Positions 9,690-20,526 of a stretch of DNA of 64,000 nucleotides are shown in pieces (positions within the stretch are counted from its first letter, which is position 1; each line of letters begins with the position of its first letter). Source of the stretch: Ignavibacteria bacterium (GTDB taxonomy: Bacteria; Bacteroidota; Ignavibacteria; Kapaibacteriales; UBA4661); NCBI GenBank assembly GCA_014654705.1, contig JACVZY010000106.1, forward strand, positions 2,083 to 66,082, written 5' to 3'. Below the pieces are notes generated by a model. That model saw nothing but the letters and a program-made list of their open reading frames with translations, ran no database searches and was not told the DNA's origin. A program made the translations under genes and the position numbers.

Positions 9690-12155
9690 ATGGTTGTTCT
9701 CAAGTTCGGCGGCTCGTCGGTCGGCACACCGGAGCGCGTCAATAGTGTCATCAGCATATCGGTTCATTCACAAGCAAAACATGGTTCGGTTGCTGTTGTC
9801 GTGTCAGCATTTTCCGGCGTTACCGACCAACTTATTAAAACCGCAAAACTCGCCTCCAACGGCGACACCGCATACAGCAACGAATTCGACGACCTCTATC
9901 GTCGGCATATCACCGCGCTCGAAACCCTCTTTGCAAGCGGCAATACCGATGGAAATATGCTGGAGACCGCTCGCAAAGAAGTAGAAGCGATGCTCATGGA
10001 GCTGCGCGGTTTGCTACACGGAATTTTCCTCATTCGTGAGATTTCCAAGCGCACGATGGATTACGTGTGCAGTTTTGGCGAACGCCTTTCCGCCTTCATC
10101 ATTGCCCGCACAATGTCGGCGCGGGGCGTTCAGGCTGAGTTTTTGGATGCTCGCTCGGTGGTCAAGACCAACGACGATTTTACGGCAGCGAAAGTAGATT
10201 TCCCTGCGACAAATGCTGCGGTGCAACAATACTTTCAAGAACACAGTGCTTTGCAGGTCGTTACGGGCTTCATCGGCTCCACAGCAAATGGGCAAACAAC
10301 CACGCTGGGACGCGGCGGCTCGGACTACACCGCCGCAATTTTAGGCGCAGCGCTGAACGCTAAGGACATTGAAATATGGACGGATGTGGACGGCGTGATG
10401 ACCGCCGACCCGCGCAAAGTCAAGAACGCTTGCACATTAGAGCGCCTAACTTACGAAGAAGCAATGGAGCTTTCCCACTTCGGAGCAAAAGTTATTTATC
10501 CGCCCACCATCCAGCCTGCACTCGACCTCGGTATTCCGCTCTGGATTAAGAACACGTTCAACCCTGATTTCCCCGGCACACTCATTGACCGCGAAGGCGA
10601 TACCACCTCCACACTGCCCGTGAAGGGCATTTCGTCTATCAACAACATCACCTTGCTTTCGCTGGAAGGAAGCGGTATGGTGGGCGTGGTGGGCGTGGCG
10701 CATCGGCTTTTCAGCGCACTGGCGCGAGAACGTATCAACGTGATTATGATCACGCAAGCCTCGTCCGAACACTCGATTTGTATTGCCGTCGAACCCGGCG
10801 CAACCGACGGCGCAGCGCGGGCAATGAACGAGGAATTCAATTACGAAATTGCCGTTTCGCGCCAGATTAACCCCGTCAAAATTGAGCGCAATTTGTCAGT
10901 CATTGCCGTCGTTGGCAGCAAAATGCGCCACACGCCCGGCATTGCGGGAAAAGTCTTTCAAGCGCTGGGGCGCAACGGCGTGAACGTGCGAGCAATCGCC
11001 CAGGGATCGTCGGAATTAAACATTTCGGTCATTGTGGATGGAGCGCATGAAAGCAAGGCGATCAGCGCCATTCACAATAATTTCTTTTTGGCATCCTCCA
11101 AGACACTGCACCTGTTCATCATTGGCGCGGGGCTAATCGGAAAAGAACTTTTGAAGCAGATGCAGCAGCAGCGCGATTTTCTGATGAAGCATCGCGGACT
11201 GGAATTGAAAATTGTGGGCATTGCCAACAGCGCAAAAATGCTTATCCGCGAAGACGGCATCCCCGCCGAAACATGGTCAGAAGCGCTTGAAACATCGGGA
11301 GAGCAGATGAACTTGCGCTCCTATATTGACACCATGCAAGCGCTCGGTTTGCCAAATAAAGTCCTTGTGGATAACACGACTAGCGAAGACGTTGCTGCCC
11401 TGTACGAAGAAATTCTTTCCGGCAGCGTCTCAATTGTAACGCCGAATAAGAAAGCCAATACCGGCTCCTACGCCAGATACAAAGCCATGCGCGAGGCAGC
11501 ACTCAAAGCGAATGCGGGATTTTTCTACGAAACTAACGTAGGCGGTGGGCTTCCGGTGATAGATGCGCTGCGCGGCTTGGTGGGAAGCGGCGACACGATT
11601 CACAAAATTGAGGCGACGTGCTCCGGTACGCTTTCCTACGTCTTCAACACCTTCACTGAGGGAAAGAAGTTTAGCGACGTTATCAAAGAAGCCCGCGAAA
11701 AAGGCTTCACCGAGCCAGACCCACGCGACGACTTAGGCGGTACGGACGTTGCGCGAAAATTACTCATTCTCGCCCGTGAAATCGGCTTGCCACTTGAGCT
11801 TTCGGATGTGCCGGTGGAAAATCTTGTGCCGCCATCGTGCGCAAAGGCTGCGTCGGTCGAAGAATTTTTCACACTTCTGGAAAAAGAAGATGCCACCTTC
11901 GAGAAACGCCGCGCTGAAGCAGCAAAAGCCGGAAAAGCGCTTCGCTACGTGGCAACGCTCGAAAACGGTAAATGCAGTGCCAAGCTGGAAGCCGTTGACC
12001 ACACGCATCCTTTCTTCAGTCTGAACGCGACGGACAACAAATTTGCTATCACAAGCGATTACTATTCCTCCACGCCTTTGGTCATTCAAGGTCCCGGCGC
12101 GGGCGCTAAAGTAACGGCTTCGGGCGTTCTGGCTGATATTCTGCGGACGGCGTAA
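9690..12155 (+). CDS. thrA: Bifunctional aspartokinase / homoserine dehydrogenase I
   Basis: VLKFGGSSV, LGRGGSDYTA, WTDVDGVMTADPR, two ACT domains, GAGLIG, TPNKK, GFTEPDPRDDL. Confidence 0.97.
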   Translation: MVVLKFGGSSVGTPERVNSVISISVHSQAKHGSVAVVVSAFSGVTDQLIKTAKLASNGDTAYSNEFDDLYRRHITALETLFASGNTDGNMLETARKEVEAMLMELRGLLHGIFLIREISKRTMDYVCSFGERLSAFIIARTMSARGVQAEFLDARSVVKTNDDFTAAKVDFPATNAAVQQYFQEHSALQVVTGFIGSTANGQTTTLGRGGSDYTAAILGAALNAKDIEIWTDVDGVMTADPRKVKNACTLERLTYEEAMELSHFGAKVIYPPTIQPALDLGIPLWIKNTFNPDFPGTLIDREGDTTSTLPVKGISSINNITLLSLEGSGMVGVVGVAHRLFSALARERINVIMITQASSEHSICIAVEPGATDGAARAMNEEFNYEIAVSRQINPVKIERNLSVIAVVGSKMRHTPGIAGKVFQALGRNGVNVRAIAQGSSELNISVIVDGAHESKAISAIHNNFFLASSKTLHLFIIGAGLIGKELLKQMQQQRDFLMKHRGLELKIVGIANSAKMLIREDGIPAETWSEALETSGEQMNLRSYIDTMQALGLPNKVLVDNTTSEDVAALYEEILSGSVSIVTPNKKANTGSYARYKAMREAALKANAGFFYETNVGGGLPVIDALRGLVGSGDTIHKIEATCSGTLSYVFNTFTEGKKFSDVIKEAREKGFTEPDPRDDLGGTDVARKLLILAREIGLPLELSDVPVENLVPPSCAKAASVEEFFTLLEKEDATFEKRRAEAAKAGKALRYVATLENGKCSAKLEAVDHTHPFFSLNATDNKFAITSDYYSSTPLVIQGPGAGAKVTASGVLADILRTA

Positions 12156-12183
12156 AACCACATCAAAAGAAATATAACAAAGC

Positions 12184-12215
12184 GGGCTTCATCTCAGCGA
12201 TGAAGCCCATTTTTT
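12184..12215 (+). terminator. Rho-independent terminator after thrA
   Basis: Perfect 10-bp stem gggcttcatc/gatgaagccc with a 5-nt loop and a T tract. Confidence 0.85.
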
Positions 12216-12407
12216 GTACAATTTTGAAGTTTAGGTAAATTTTGATGTTTTGAAAAAACCTTTCTCTATCAAGGGACGCTTTTCCTTTGCTTGGGATTGA
12301 TTACTAAGCATTTGCCTTCTACAACACCCGCTCCGAGAATATCGAACAGTATTGCTTGGTCTAGACTTCAATTTATAGCGGCAGTTTACGGTAACACGAC
12401 GACCTCA

Positions 12408-15400
12408 TCAGGCATAATCGAACGCACGGCTTTCCGACAAAAACCGTTTGGAGCCGGCGATGACAACAGAAGAGTCGTTATTATTTGCGGCTACGTGTAA
12501 AAGTGGCAATTCCACAATAAATGTAGCGCCGTTGCCCGGCTCGGACTCGCACCAAACACGACCGCCGTGCAATTCCACGATTTGCTTCACAATCGCCAAT
12601 CCCACGCCCGTCGAACTCTCGCCGCCCGTTGGCTTTGAGCTTAGGCGCTGAAAAAAACCAAACAATTTTTGTTGGTCTTCTTGCGTTAGTCCCGGTCCTT
12701 CATCCTGCACTTCAAATCGCACAATAGAATTGTTGAAGTTTTCTTCTTTGTATAGCCGAACGATAATATTGGATTTCGGGGGAGAATATTTGATGGCATT
12801 ACTGATGAGGTTATCAAACACTTGGCGAAGTCGGTTTTCGTCGCCATACATTGAGCAGTAATCGGCAATTTCGGTTTGAAGTTGTTGTTGTTTATCCTGA
12901 GCGCGGTACTGATATTCATGAATAAGCTCAAGGCATATTTCTTCCAGTTGAAGTTTGTTGGTGCGAATTTCGAGTTGCCCGTGCTCCAGAGCAGCTTGGT
13001 CAAGAATTTCGGTGATAAGTTTGTGCATAGTTTCGGCAGAATCACGAATCATCTCGGTCATTTCGAGTGCATCAGTATTGTCTGCTACTTGAACGCGGAG
13101 AGATTTAGAAGCAAGAAGTACAGTCGTTAATGGGTTTTTTAAGTCATGCGAGACCATTGACAGCATTTGGGTCTTGAAGCGATTCACCTCATCAAGGGCT
13201 TTATTACTGCCTTGTAGATTTTTATTGACATCGTAAAGTTGCACATTCACGAACTCAATTTCACGGGCACGCTCGCTTAATAGCTCAATTTGACGTTTAA
13301 TCTCCAGATTTGCATCGTTCAAGTCAGCCGTGCGTTCATTGACGACGCGCTCCAGTACTACTGCCTTTTCACGCAGACTATGAACCCGCCAGCGATAGAG
13401 CAGAAAGCCCGCCAGAACAAAACCGACGACACACGCCAGATAAAATTTCCATGTTTCATACCAGAAGGGCTTCATAAAAAATGTCGTGCTTGCTCCTACT
13501 TCATTCCAGACGCCGTCATTATTACAAGCAATCACCCGAAAACGGTACATTCGGTCGTGGGGCAAATTGGTATAGTAGGCAGCGCGTCGCCCGCCCGCAT
13601 CCACCCACGTTTTATCGTACCCTTCCAAAATGTATTTGAATTTTGAGCGGTCGGCGGCAGTCAAGCACGTGGCGGTGTAATGGAACTCAAATTTTTCCGT
13701 CGTCGGCTCTAGCGTTACAGGAATATATTGATTCTGAGATTGCGCTTGAGCGACGGAAGGTTGGTCGTTACTTTTGTTTTCTACAAATGTACCTTCGGAA
13801 GTCGCCTCAAAATTCTTTCCGCCAATTCTGATACCATCTGCCAAAACATTCTCAATAATAACGGTCGGCGGCAAATTATTTTTAACCAAGTTGTTCGGGT
13901 TAATCACCACCACACCGGCAATCGTAGGAAACCACAAGCGCCCGTCGCGAGACTTACAGGCTGCCGGCTGCGAGGCTCCGTTACATTCGGGAGATGCCAT
14001 GCCGTCATCTTTATCGTAGGTGATGCACGCGATTTGGCTTTTTCTTCCCTGTGCTACTTCCTCAAGCTCAGATTTTTTTACACGGAAAATGCCTTTGCTG
14101 CAGCTCATCCACAACCAGCCATTTTCATCTTCCAGCACAGAAAAAACGGAGTCGTCAAATAATCCATTTTGTGTGGTGTAGGCATAAAGGGAATCATTTT
14201 TGAGGCGATGCAAGCCTCCGTTTGTCGTCCCAATCCAGAAGGTATGTTCTTTGTCTTCATAGAGCCAAATGATGTTATCGCCCGCCATACCGTCCTTGAC
14301 GGTGTATGACTTTACTACGCGGTCGTTCTCTATGACAAATAATCCCTCGCGTGTGCCGACCCAAATCCTACCTTGTGAGTCTTCGTGCAGAACAGGTGTA
14401 CGACCATCTACAAGACCTTCGGCTTTGCCATAATTCGCAAATACGCCGTTGGCAAAACAGCTTGCCCCTTTATCCGTACCAATCCACAACCGCCCTTTTC
14501 TATCGCGGAGAAAAACTCGCACTCGCTCATTTGGCAAGCCGTCTTTGATACCATAGCTCTTCACAATTTTTCCATTCACCACGTGGCACATTCCCTTATC
14601 TCTTGTGCCGAGCCAGACAGAGCCATCGCTGTCTTGCATCATGCCATGAGCGGCATTACTGGGTAAACCGTTCGCCGTCGAAAAATGCTGCACACCGTTT
14701 GTTTTGTTATTGATGACGCTCACACCGTTAGCAAACATAGAAAACCACATATTTCCCGTGCTATCCTCCATGATAGACCATGGGTCGGAAAGCCCTAACC
14801 GTCTGCTATAAACGGTTACCGAACCATTGCGTAATCGATTCAGCCCGCCGCCGCCGGTTCCAATGTATAGGCTGCCTTCCACATCTTCATACATATCAAA
14901 AATATCGGGATGGGTAAGTCCATCCTGAAGGCTAAAAGCAGAAAACACGCCCTTACTGAAACGGCACATTCCCGCGCCAAGTGTCCCTATCCATAGCGTT
15001 CCCTTGCTATCACAATAGAGCGTACGGATATGATTGCCGGGTAAACCATTTTTTGTCGTATAGATTGTCCACACACCGCCTTTCAATCGCTGAAGCCCGT
15101 TGATAGTTCCAATCCATAGATTGCCTTCTTTATCAGTGGTAATGGATTGAATCACATTGTTCGTTAAGCGCTGACTGCTTTTTAATGCGGGATTGACTAT
15201 CTGCTGTATTGCATTTGTCTTTGTATTGAGAATGTTAAGCCCATTTTCTGTACCAATCCATAATGTGCTGTCATTGCTAAAAAAAAGTGTATGAACGTTG
15301 TCGTTACTCAGCCCTTGCGGCATAGAATAAACGGTAACATGACCGTCTTTCAGACGATTAACACCGCCACCGAGCGTTGCAATCCAGAGAGAATTATCCG

Positions 15401-15860
15401 CCCCCATAGCTAGTGCTCTGCCATTCTCCGGTGTGAAATTACTGGACAAACCATGACGAGTAGTAAATGTAGTAAACACTCCATTTTGTAACCGAACAAT
15501 ACCTTGCGTTTGTGTTGCTACCCAGATTGTGCCTGATGATTTATCGGTTACCAGTGAATTACAATAGTTCTCCGGTAGTGCAGAATTTTTTTTATTATAC
15601 ACCGTAAAGCGCAATCCATCGAAGCGAACCAATCCTTCTTGTGTTGTAAACCACAGATAGCCATCGGACGTTTGCGCTATGGACTGGACGGAATTTTGGG
15701 GTAATCCTTCTCTGATTTGCCAAGACTCGTGGACGTATTGAGTAATGTGCTTATTCGGGTCAAGACCTTGCTGCGATACGTTCTGTCCCCAAAGTAGTGC
15801 GCTACTCAGCGAAGAGCACATTAAGCAAATGAGCAAAAATGTAAGACAATAGGCTTGCAT
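12408..15860 (-). CDS. Beta-propeller (Reg_prop) / Y_Y_Y sensor histidine kinase
   Basis: Repeated GL..N.V...D..G.LWIGT units, YTNLP Y_Y_Y domain, TM helix, SHDLKNPL, NLISNAIKY, DEGPG, GVGL; start at 15860 or 15899. Confidence 0.93.
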   Translation of the reverse strand: MQAYCLTFLLICLMCSSLSSALLWGQNVSQQGLDPNKHITQYVHESWQIREGLPQNSVQSIAQTSDGYLWFTTQEGLVRFDGLRFTVYNKKNSALPENYCNSLVTDKSSGTIWVATQTQGIVRLQNGVFTTFTTRHGLSSNFTPENGRALAMGADNSLWIATLGGGVNRLKDGHVTVYSMPQGLSNDNVHTLFFSNDSTLWIGTENGLNILNTKTNAIQQIVNPALKSSQRLTNNVIQSITTDKEGNLWIGTINGLQRLKGGVWTIYTTKNGLPGNHIRTLYCDSKGTLWIGTLGAGMCRFSKGVFSAFSLQDGLTHPDIFDMYEDVEGSLYIGTGGGGLNRLRNGSVTVYSRRLGLSDPWSIMEDSTGNMWFSMFANGVSVINNKTNGVQHFSTANGLPSNAAHGMMQDSDGSVWLGTRDKGMCHVVNGKIVKSYGIKDGLPNERVRVFLRDRKGRLWIGTDKGASCFANGVFANYGKAEGLVDGRTPVLHEDSQGRIWVGTREGLFVIENDRVVKSYTVKDGMAGDNIIWLYEDKEHTFWIGTTNGGLHRLKNDSLYAYTTQNGLFDDSVFSVLEDENGWLWMSCSKGIFRVKKSELEEVAQGRKSQIACITYDKDDGMASPECNGASQPAACKSRDGRLWFPTIAGVVVINPNNLVKNNLPPTVIIENVLADGIRIGGKNFEATSEGTFVENKSNDQPSVAQAQSQNQYIPVTLEPTTEKFEFHYTATCLTAADRSKFKYILEGYDKTWVDAGGRRAAYYTNLPHDRMYRFRVIACNNDGVWNEVGASTTFFMKPFWYETWKFYLACVVGFVLAGFLLYRWRVHSLREKAVVLERVVNERTADLNDANLEIKRQIELLSERAREIEFVNVQLYDVNKNLQGSNKALDEVNRFKTQMLSMVSHDLKNPLTTVLLASKSLRVQVADNTDALEMTEMIRDSAETMHKLITEILDQAALEHGQLEIRTNKLQLEEICLELIHEYQYRAQDKQQQLQTEIADYCSMYGDENRLRQVFDNLISNAIKYSPPKSNIIVRLYKEENFNNSIVRFEVQDEGPGLTQEDQQKLFGFFQRLSSKPTGGESSTGVGLAIVKQIVELHGGRVWCESEPGNGATFIVELPLLHVAANNNDSSVVIAGSKRFLSESRAFDYA

Positions 15861-15982
15861 ATAGGGAAGGTTGTAAGGGTTCGATAAATTTCCACACAAA
15901 ACTTAAAATTCGACTTTTCCGTAACAGATAGGTGTGCCTATAAAACTGACGTAACCATGTTGCTCAAAAACGAGCATAATTC

Positions 15983-17962
15983 TCAAGACAGTAAAAAATT
16001 ACCTTTGAGGAGTTTTACTTTTTGCTCGGAGCGTATAGGTTTCATGCCTTTATTGCTTGATGTACGATATGCTTCTTGAACACTTTCGGGGACGGTAAAT
16101 TGCTTGACCGTATCGGCGAGATGAGCCGTCAGACAGCAGAGGTCTTCTAAGGCAACACCAATACGCACTGCGTCGCTCGAGGATTCGCGGGCAACTGATT
16201 GTATTGCTTGTAGGCTTTTGGAGATTTCGTGCCCGCTTGCTGCTTTTTCTCGGCTGGTGTTGGCGATAAACATAACGCTGTCGGCTACTTGCCCGGTTTT
16301 AGCAATGATGGTCTGCAGCGCTTGCTCCGCTTGGTCGGCGAGTGATTTACCAACGCGGGCGTATTCACTGCCTTTGTTGATAGTTGTTACTGCGGTGCCT
16401 GTATCGGTGCGGACTTGCCGAATAGTGTGCGTGATTTCTTTGGTAGCGGCAGCTGTTTTTTCGGCGAGTTTGCGCACCTCATCGGCAACAACCGCAAATC
16501 CTCGTCCGGCATCACCCGCTCGCGCCGCTTCAATGGCTGCGTTCAGCGCGAGAAGATTTGTTTGGTCGGTAATTTCCTGAATAACCTCCGCGATTTCCCC
16601 GATTTTGATGCTGCTGGTATTTAATGTCTCGATACTAGCGGCTGAAGAAAGAACAACATGGACGATGTTTTGAATACTGTCTATTGTTTCTTTTACCACT
16701 TTTTCGCCATTTTTAGCACTCTCGCCGGCTTCACGAGCCGTTGCAGCTGCCGATTCGATATGCACAGTATTTGCGGCAATTCCTTCGGCAATCAATGACA
16801 CCGATTGAGTGATGCCCGTTGTGCGTTCGCTTTGGATGTTCGCACTGGTGGACATAATGCCAATTCGTGCTGCTATTTCATCTGTTGCTTCTATGGTCGA
16901 AAGCACTGCTTCTTTGATGCGTTCCAGCATGATGCAGATATTGTCCAGCGCATCGTTAAATCCCCGGTGCAAACGTCCAATTTCGTCGTTTGTAGTAACA
17001 GGAAGGCGGACAGTCAAATTACCATGAGAGAAATTTTCCATTTCATACAGGATTTGTTCGACGCTTTCGGCAAGGTAGCGGCGATGCTCTTCGCTTGCAC
17101 GACGGGATTCTTCGGCAAGGCGGGCTTGCTCTGCATTTTCCAAGCTCTGCCGACGGGTTTCCTCCAGGAGACGGGAGGTATTGTGTGACATGATATTGAA
17201 TGCTCGCCCTAGACTTCCCAGTTCGTCCTGTGAATCTACCGTTACGAAGATATTTGTTTCTCCGGCGGCAATGCTTGTGGCAGCAGCGTCAAGTTCCCGA
17301 ATAGGTCGCCCTATCATTCGCGCCAGCATAAATCCCAATATACCCGCCACGGCAAGTGCCATAACAATAAAAAACACTAACTGACGGCGTAAGGTGGTAA
17401 ACTGCTCAATACTGCTTTGTTTAGCAGTATCGGCGGCTTTAAGTTTGGAAACCGTAAGAGCGTCTAATGCCCTGTACATACCAAATGCAGCCGCAAATCC
17501 GGGACCTTTTCGGTAGTGGTACAGAGCTGAATCGCGTAAGCCTTTTTCACCCAAACGCATAACTTCAACATACATTTTTTTGAAATTTGCAAGACTATCG
17601 GAATATGCCGCATAGAGTTGTTTTTCTTCAGGGGTGTCTAGTGTAGCCTTGTAGTGCGTGCCGATGCTGTCAAAGTTGTAATAAATTCCCTGTACCGTTT
17701 TCTTCATTTTCTTGATTTCGGCGCTATCCGAAATAAGCATAAAACTTTGTGCGTAATTGCGTGTACGCTGATAGTTATTGGTGAACTGAAGTAAGTACGA
17801 AAGCGGAACAAATTGGCGGTCATACATTCGTTCCGTTGTTTCCGCCATGGCGGACGTAGCGCGATAACCGAGATAGCCGACGATGGTGACGAAGGCGGAC
17901 AAGATAAGAAACGTAGCGACAAGTTTTGTTTGGATGGCAAGATTGCGAAAAAATTGAATCAT
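15983..17962 (-). CDS. Methyl-accepting chemotaxis protein (4-helix-bundle sensor, two HAMP domains)
   Basis: Two TMs, DELGSL and DEIGRL HAMP motifs, [34 protein letters not shown] hairpin. Confidence 0.93.
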   Translation of the reverse strand: MIQFFRNLAIQTKLVATFLILSAFVTIVGYLGYRATSAMAETTERMYDRQFVPLSYLLQFTNNYQRTRNYAQSFMLISDSAEIKKMKKTVQGIYYNFDSIGTHYKATLDTPEEKQLYAAYSDSLANFKKMYVEVMRLGEKGLRDSALYHYRKGPGFAAAFGMYRALDALTVSKLKAADTAKQSSIEQFTTLRRQLVFFIVMALAVAGILGFMLARMIGRPIRELDAAATSIAAGETNIFVTVDSQDELGSLGRAFNIMSHNTSRLLEETRRQSLENAEQARLAEESRRASEEHRRYLAESVEQILYEMENFSHGNLTVRLPVTTNDEIGRLHRGFNDALDNICIMLERIKEAVLSTIEATDEIAARIGIMSTSANIQSERTTGITQSVSLIAEGIAANTVHIESAAATAREAGESAKNGEKVVKETIDSIQNIVHVVLSSAASIETLNTSSIKIGEIAEVIQEITDQTNLLALNAAIEAARAGDAGRGFAVVADEVRKLAEKTAAATKEITHTIRQVRTDTGTAVTTINKGSEYARVGKSLADQAEQALQTIIAKTGQVADSVMFIANTSREKAASGHEISKSLQAIQSVARESSSDAVRIGVALEDLCCLTAHLADTVKQFTVPESVQEAYRTSSNKGMKPIRSEQKVKLLKGNFLLS

Positions 17963-18004
17963 AAACGTGATGGTGGTGCTGAAAGAAAAGAAGAATTGAC
18001 TGAA

Positions 18005-18964
18005 TTACTCCGCGCTTTTCACATCCAACGTGCTTTCCGACGCGCCATCGGTAATGGGAAACTCTACGATAAATGTTGCACCGTTGCCGTGTGTGCTCTT
18101 GCACCAAATATGTCCGTTGAGGGTTTCGACCAGCTTTTTGACAATAGATAGCCCCAATCCTGTGGAGTCTTCCCCGGCGGTCGGCTTGGCAGAAAGGCGT
18201 GTGAATTTCTTAAAAAGTTGCTTTTGGTCGTTGAGGGTTAGCCCGGGACCTTGGTCTTGAATTTCGATACGAATAAAATTGTGGGTTGTGTTAGTGGGAT
18301 CTGTATCTGCTGGTTGGATATTATCGAAGAGGTGCTCGTTGTATGATGAATATGTCGTTCCGAAGATACGCACCCAGATTTCTTTATTGGTCGGCGAGTA
18401 TTTAACAGCATTGGACAAAAGATTCTCCATTATTTCTCGCAGAATTCCCTTGTGGGACATCGTTATGGTGTCGGTAGTGTAAGTATCAAGGTGAATAATA
18501 ATATCTTTCTCCGAAGCACGCCCACGATACTCGTGCACGACTGATGCAACCGAACTAAGCATTTCCACAGGCTCAAGAACCGTTGACAATTTCCCCGACT
18601 CTACTGCTGAGGTCGTCAGAAGGCGATGAATCATATCTTTCATATGGAAAGCGCTTTCCTGCATTTTCCTGAGCTTGGTCATAATATCCTGCAAGGAAAT
18701 ATCACGCCACCGCTGCTGCAAGAATGACGTTCCCAGCGTGATAGTCGTCAGTGGATTTTGGAGGTCGTGAGCCACCATAAGCAGAAACTCGTCTTGCTCT
18801 GCGCTGATTTGCTGGAGCAGCCTATTCTGCTGCCGAAGAAGTACATTTTCTTCTTGTAATTGAGCGATAGTGGCGTGAAGTTCGCCCGACTGTGGAGGCT
18901 GCATCCTGCCGAGAGAACGGTATTGTTCTTGCATATAGCGGGGTTTTACTTGAAGTTCGGGCAT
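18005..18964 (-). CDS. Cytoplasmic histidine kinase with no recognisable sensor domain
   Basis: Short coiled coil, AHDLQNPL, NLLSNAVKYSP, DQGPG, RLSAKPTAGEDSTGLGL; start uncertain. Confidence 0.88.
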   Translation of the reverse strand: MPELQVKPRYMQEQYRSLGRMQPPQSGELHATIAQLQEENVLLRQQNRLLQQISAEQDEFLLMVAHDLQNPLTTITLGTSFLQQRWRDISLQDIMTKLRKMQESAFHMKDMIHRLLTTSAVESGKLSTVLEPVEMLSSVASVVHEYRGRASEKDIIIHLDTYTTDTITMSHKGILREIMENLLSNAVKYSPTNKEIWVRIFGTTYSSYNEHLFDNIQPADTDPTNTTHNFIRIEIQDQGPGLTLNDQKQLFKKFTRLSAKPTAGEDSTGLGLSIVKKLVETLNGHIWCKSTHGNGATFIVEFPITDGASESTLDVKSAE

Positions 18965-19120
18965 ATAATTGTGAGGTTTGTGCGTGAGAAGTTCGGTGCA
19001 TATCGGCAAGCTATGGGATTTTTTTTGTTCCAAAAGTCACTCATACTGCGTCCCACCGAGCTATGCGATGTGCTGACGCGTAAGGTGTCGCCCTGAATAA
19101 TTGCTTGCTTGGGAAGATGG

Positions 19121-20008
19121 TTACTTTTTTGTTCCCGTTGGTTGTGTTCCTTTTGGTTGTGTTCCCGTTGGTTGCAGATAGCCTTCCGCATTCACAACCT
19201 CTACATCAGGTGAAAATTTGAAATAATGATAGAGAAGTGGTAAGTGCCCCGCGCCGAATAAGACCAGAACACGGTCTTCGGGTGATTCGATAATCCGCAT
19301 GACGTTCATCGCAATTTTCAAGTTGCGCTCATACCAGCCCGCGATAACATTTGCGCCCGTATAGTTTGTGTCCTTGCCGACAGTTGCCATGAGGAGGTAT
19401 GCGCTGTGTGAATGTTCAGCATTGTGTAAGTTGTTATGGAGGCGGAATTGCTCGATGAGCGACATCGTGGACATTTTTTCGAGTTCCGCTTGAATAAACC
19501 CCATTGCTAGTTGGAAGCGACGCAGAAAGTCCGTTTGACCCGACATCTGGGCTGTTTGCATGACCGCATTAAAATCCATATCCTTTTTCATATCTACACA
19601 ATAAACAGCTTTGTGACCAAGCTCTTTTGCCAGACGAAAGGCAATCTGGTCGATTTCGCTACGTCGCAGAGTGTCTTGCCCCGCAACGTACCGTCCGTAT
19701 CGTGCATTGATGCGCTCGCCGAATTTTGGCTCGGCTTCAATGGCAATTTTTGTTGGCTTGAAGGCTTTTATATTATCCAACAACTCACGTAATTCCTTTT
19801 GTCGTGGTGCCGACAAAATGTCCGATACGGAAGATTTAACATAATCCAAACCGGGGTTGTCAAAATGGAACGCCCCCAATACCATGACTTGCGGTTTTTT
19901 ACCGTCTTGGTCTATGCCCGGTATTTTTGTTGGTGTTTGTGCACGTGTGCTGCCGGATAGTATAAGAACTATTGCGAGGAAAAGTGCGAGAATGGTAGCG
20001 TTTTTCAT
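19121..20008 (-). CDS. Exported conserved protein (DUF5694-like)
   Basis: Signal peptide; VMVLGAFHFDNPG, FKPTKIAIE, EIDQIAFRLA, WYERNLKI, VLFGAGH motifs; family recalled, not searched. Confidence 0.7.
   Translation of the reverse strand: MKNATILALFLAIVLILSGSTRAQTPTKIPGIDQDGKKPQVMVLGAFHFDNPGLDYVKSSVSDILSAPRQKELRELLDNIKAFKPTKIAIEAEPKFGERINARYGRYVAGQDTLRRSEIDQIAFRLAKELGHKAVYCVDMKKDMDFNAVMQTAQMSGQTDFLRRFQLAMGFIQAELEKMSTMSLIEQFRLHNNLHNAEHSHSAYLLMATVGKDTNYTGANVIAGWYERNLKIAMNVMRIIESPEDRVLVLFGAGHLPLLYHYFKFSPDVEVVNAEGYLQPTGTQPKGTQPTGTKK
19130..19174. repeat. 15-bp tandem repeat x3 encoding QP(T/K)GT at the C-terminus
   Basis: tgttcccgttggttg / tgttccttttggttg / tgttcccgttggttg. Confidence 0.85.
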
Positions 20009-20046
20009 ACTGTGTACCCGAATCATGAATAAATGGTTGTAATGTT

Positions 20047-20484
20047 TTAGTTCTTAGCCACTGCGGCTGCATCTTTCATTGTCTTGGCAACGAGAGTGTA
20101 CGCCGATACCCACGCGCTTTTCACGTCCGGCGTCCAGTCCGCACCCAACCCCTGCTCAAGTGCCCATAGTAACGCTGCGCCGACGGTTTCATAATGCTTG
20201 TCCTCCACTCTGTAGCGTACATGGCGTTGCCCAAGATCTTGAATTGCCGGAACAATAGTTTCAAGCTGACGCAGACTGAATACAACCGTTTTGAGCGTTG
20301 CCATCAATTTTTTCTTTTGCTCGCTTATATCCTCAGCAAACAACGGGCGCACCGAAGGGTCAAGTTCAAAAAGACGGTTATAGAACAAATCAGCTGCGGT
20401 ATCGGCAATATGAAGAACCTTAGAAAAAGTGGTTTGGACGAGTGTTATTTCGTCGCTTGTCATTGCGGGGGCTGTTGTAACCAT
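20047..20484 (-). CDS. Single-domain globin (flavohaemoglobin/Vgb-like globin fold)
   Basis: FYNRLFELDPSVRPLF (B10 Tyr, CD1 Phe), EQKKKL (E7 Gln), LGQRHVRY (proximal His), HYETVGAALL. Confidence 0.93.
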   Translation of the reverse strand: MVTTAPAMTSDEITLVQTTFSKVLHIADTAADLFYNRLFELDPSVRPLFAEDISEQKKKLMATLKTVVFSLRQLETIVPAIQDLGQRHVRYRVEDKHYETVGAALLWALEQGLGADWTPDVKSAWVSAYTLVAKTMKDAAAVAKN

Positions 20485-20526
20485 ATTGAGTCTAACTCCA
20501 GAGATAGAAATAAAAGAGAAGATGAA

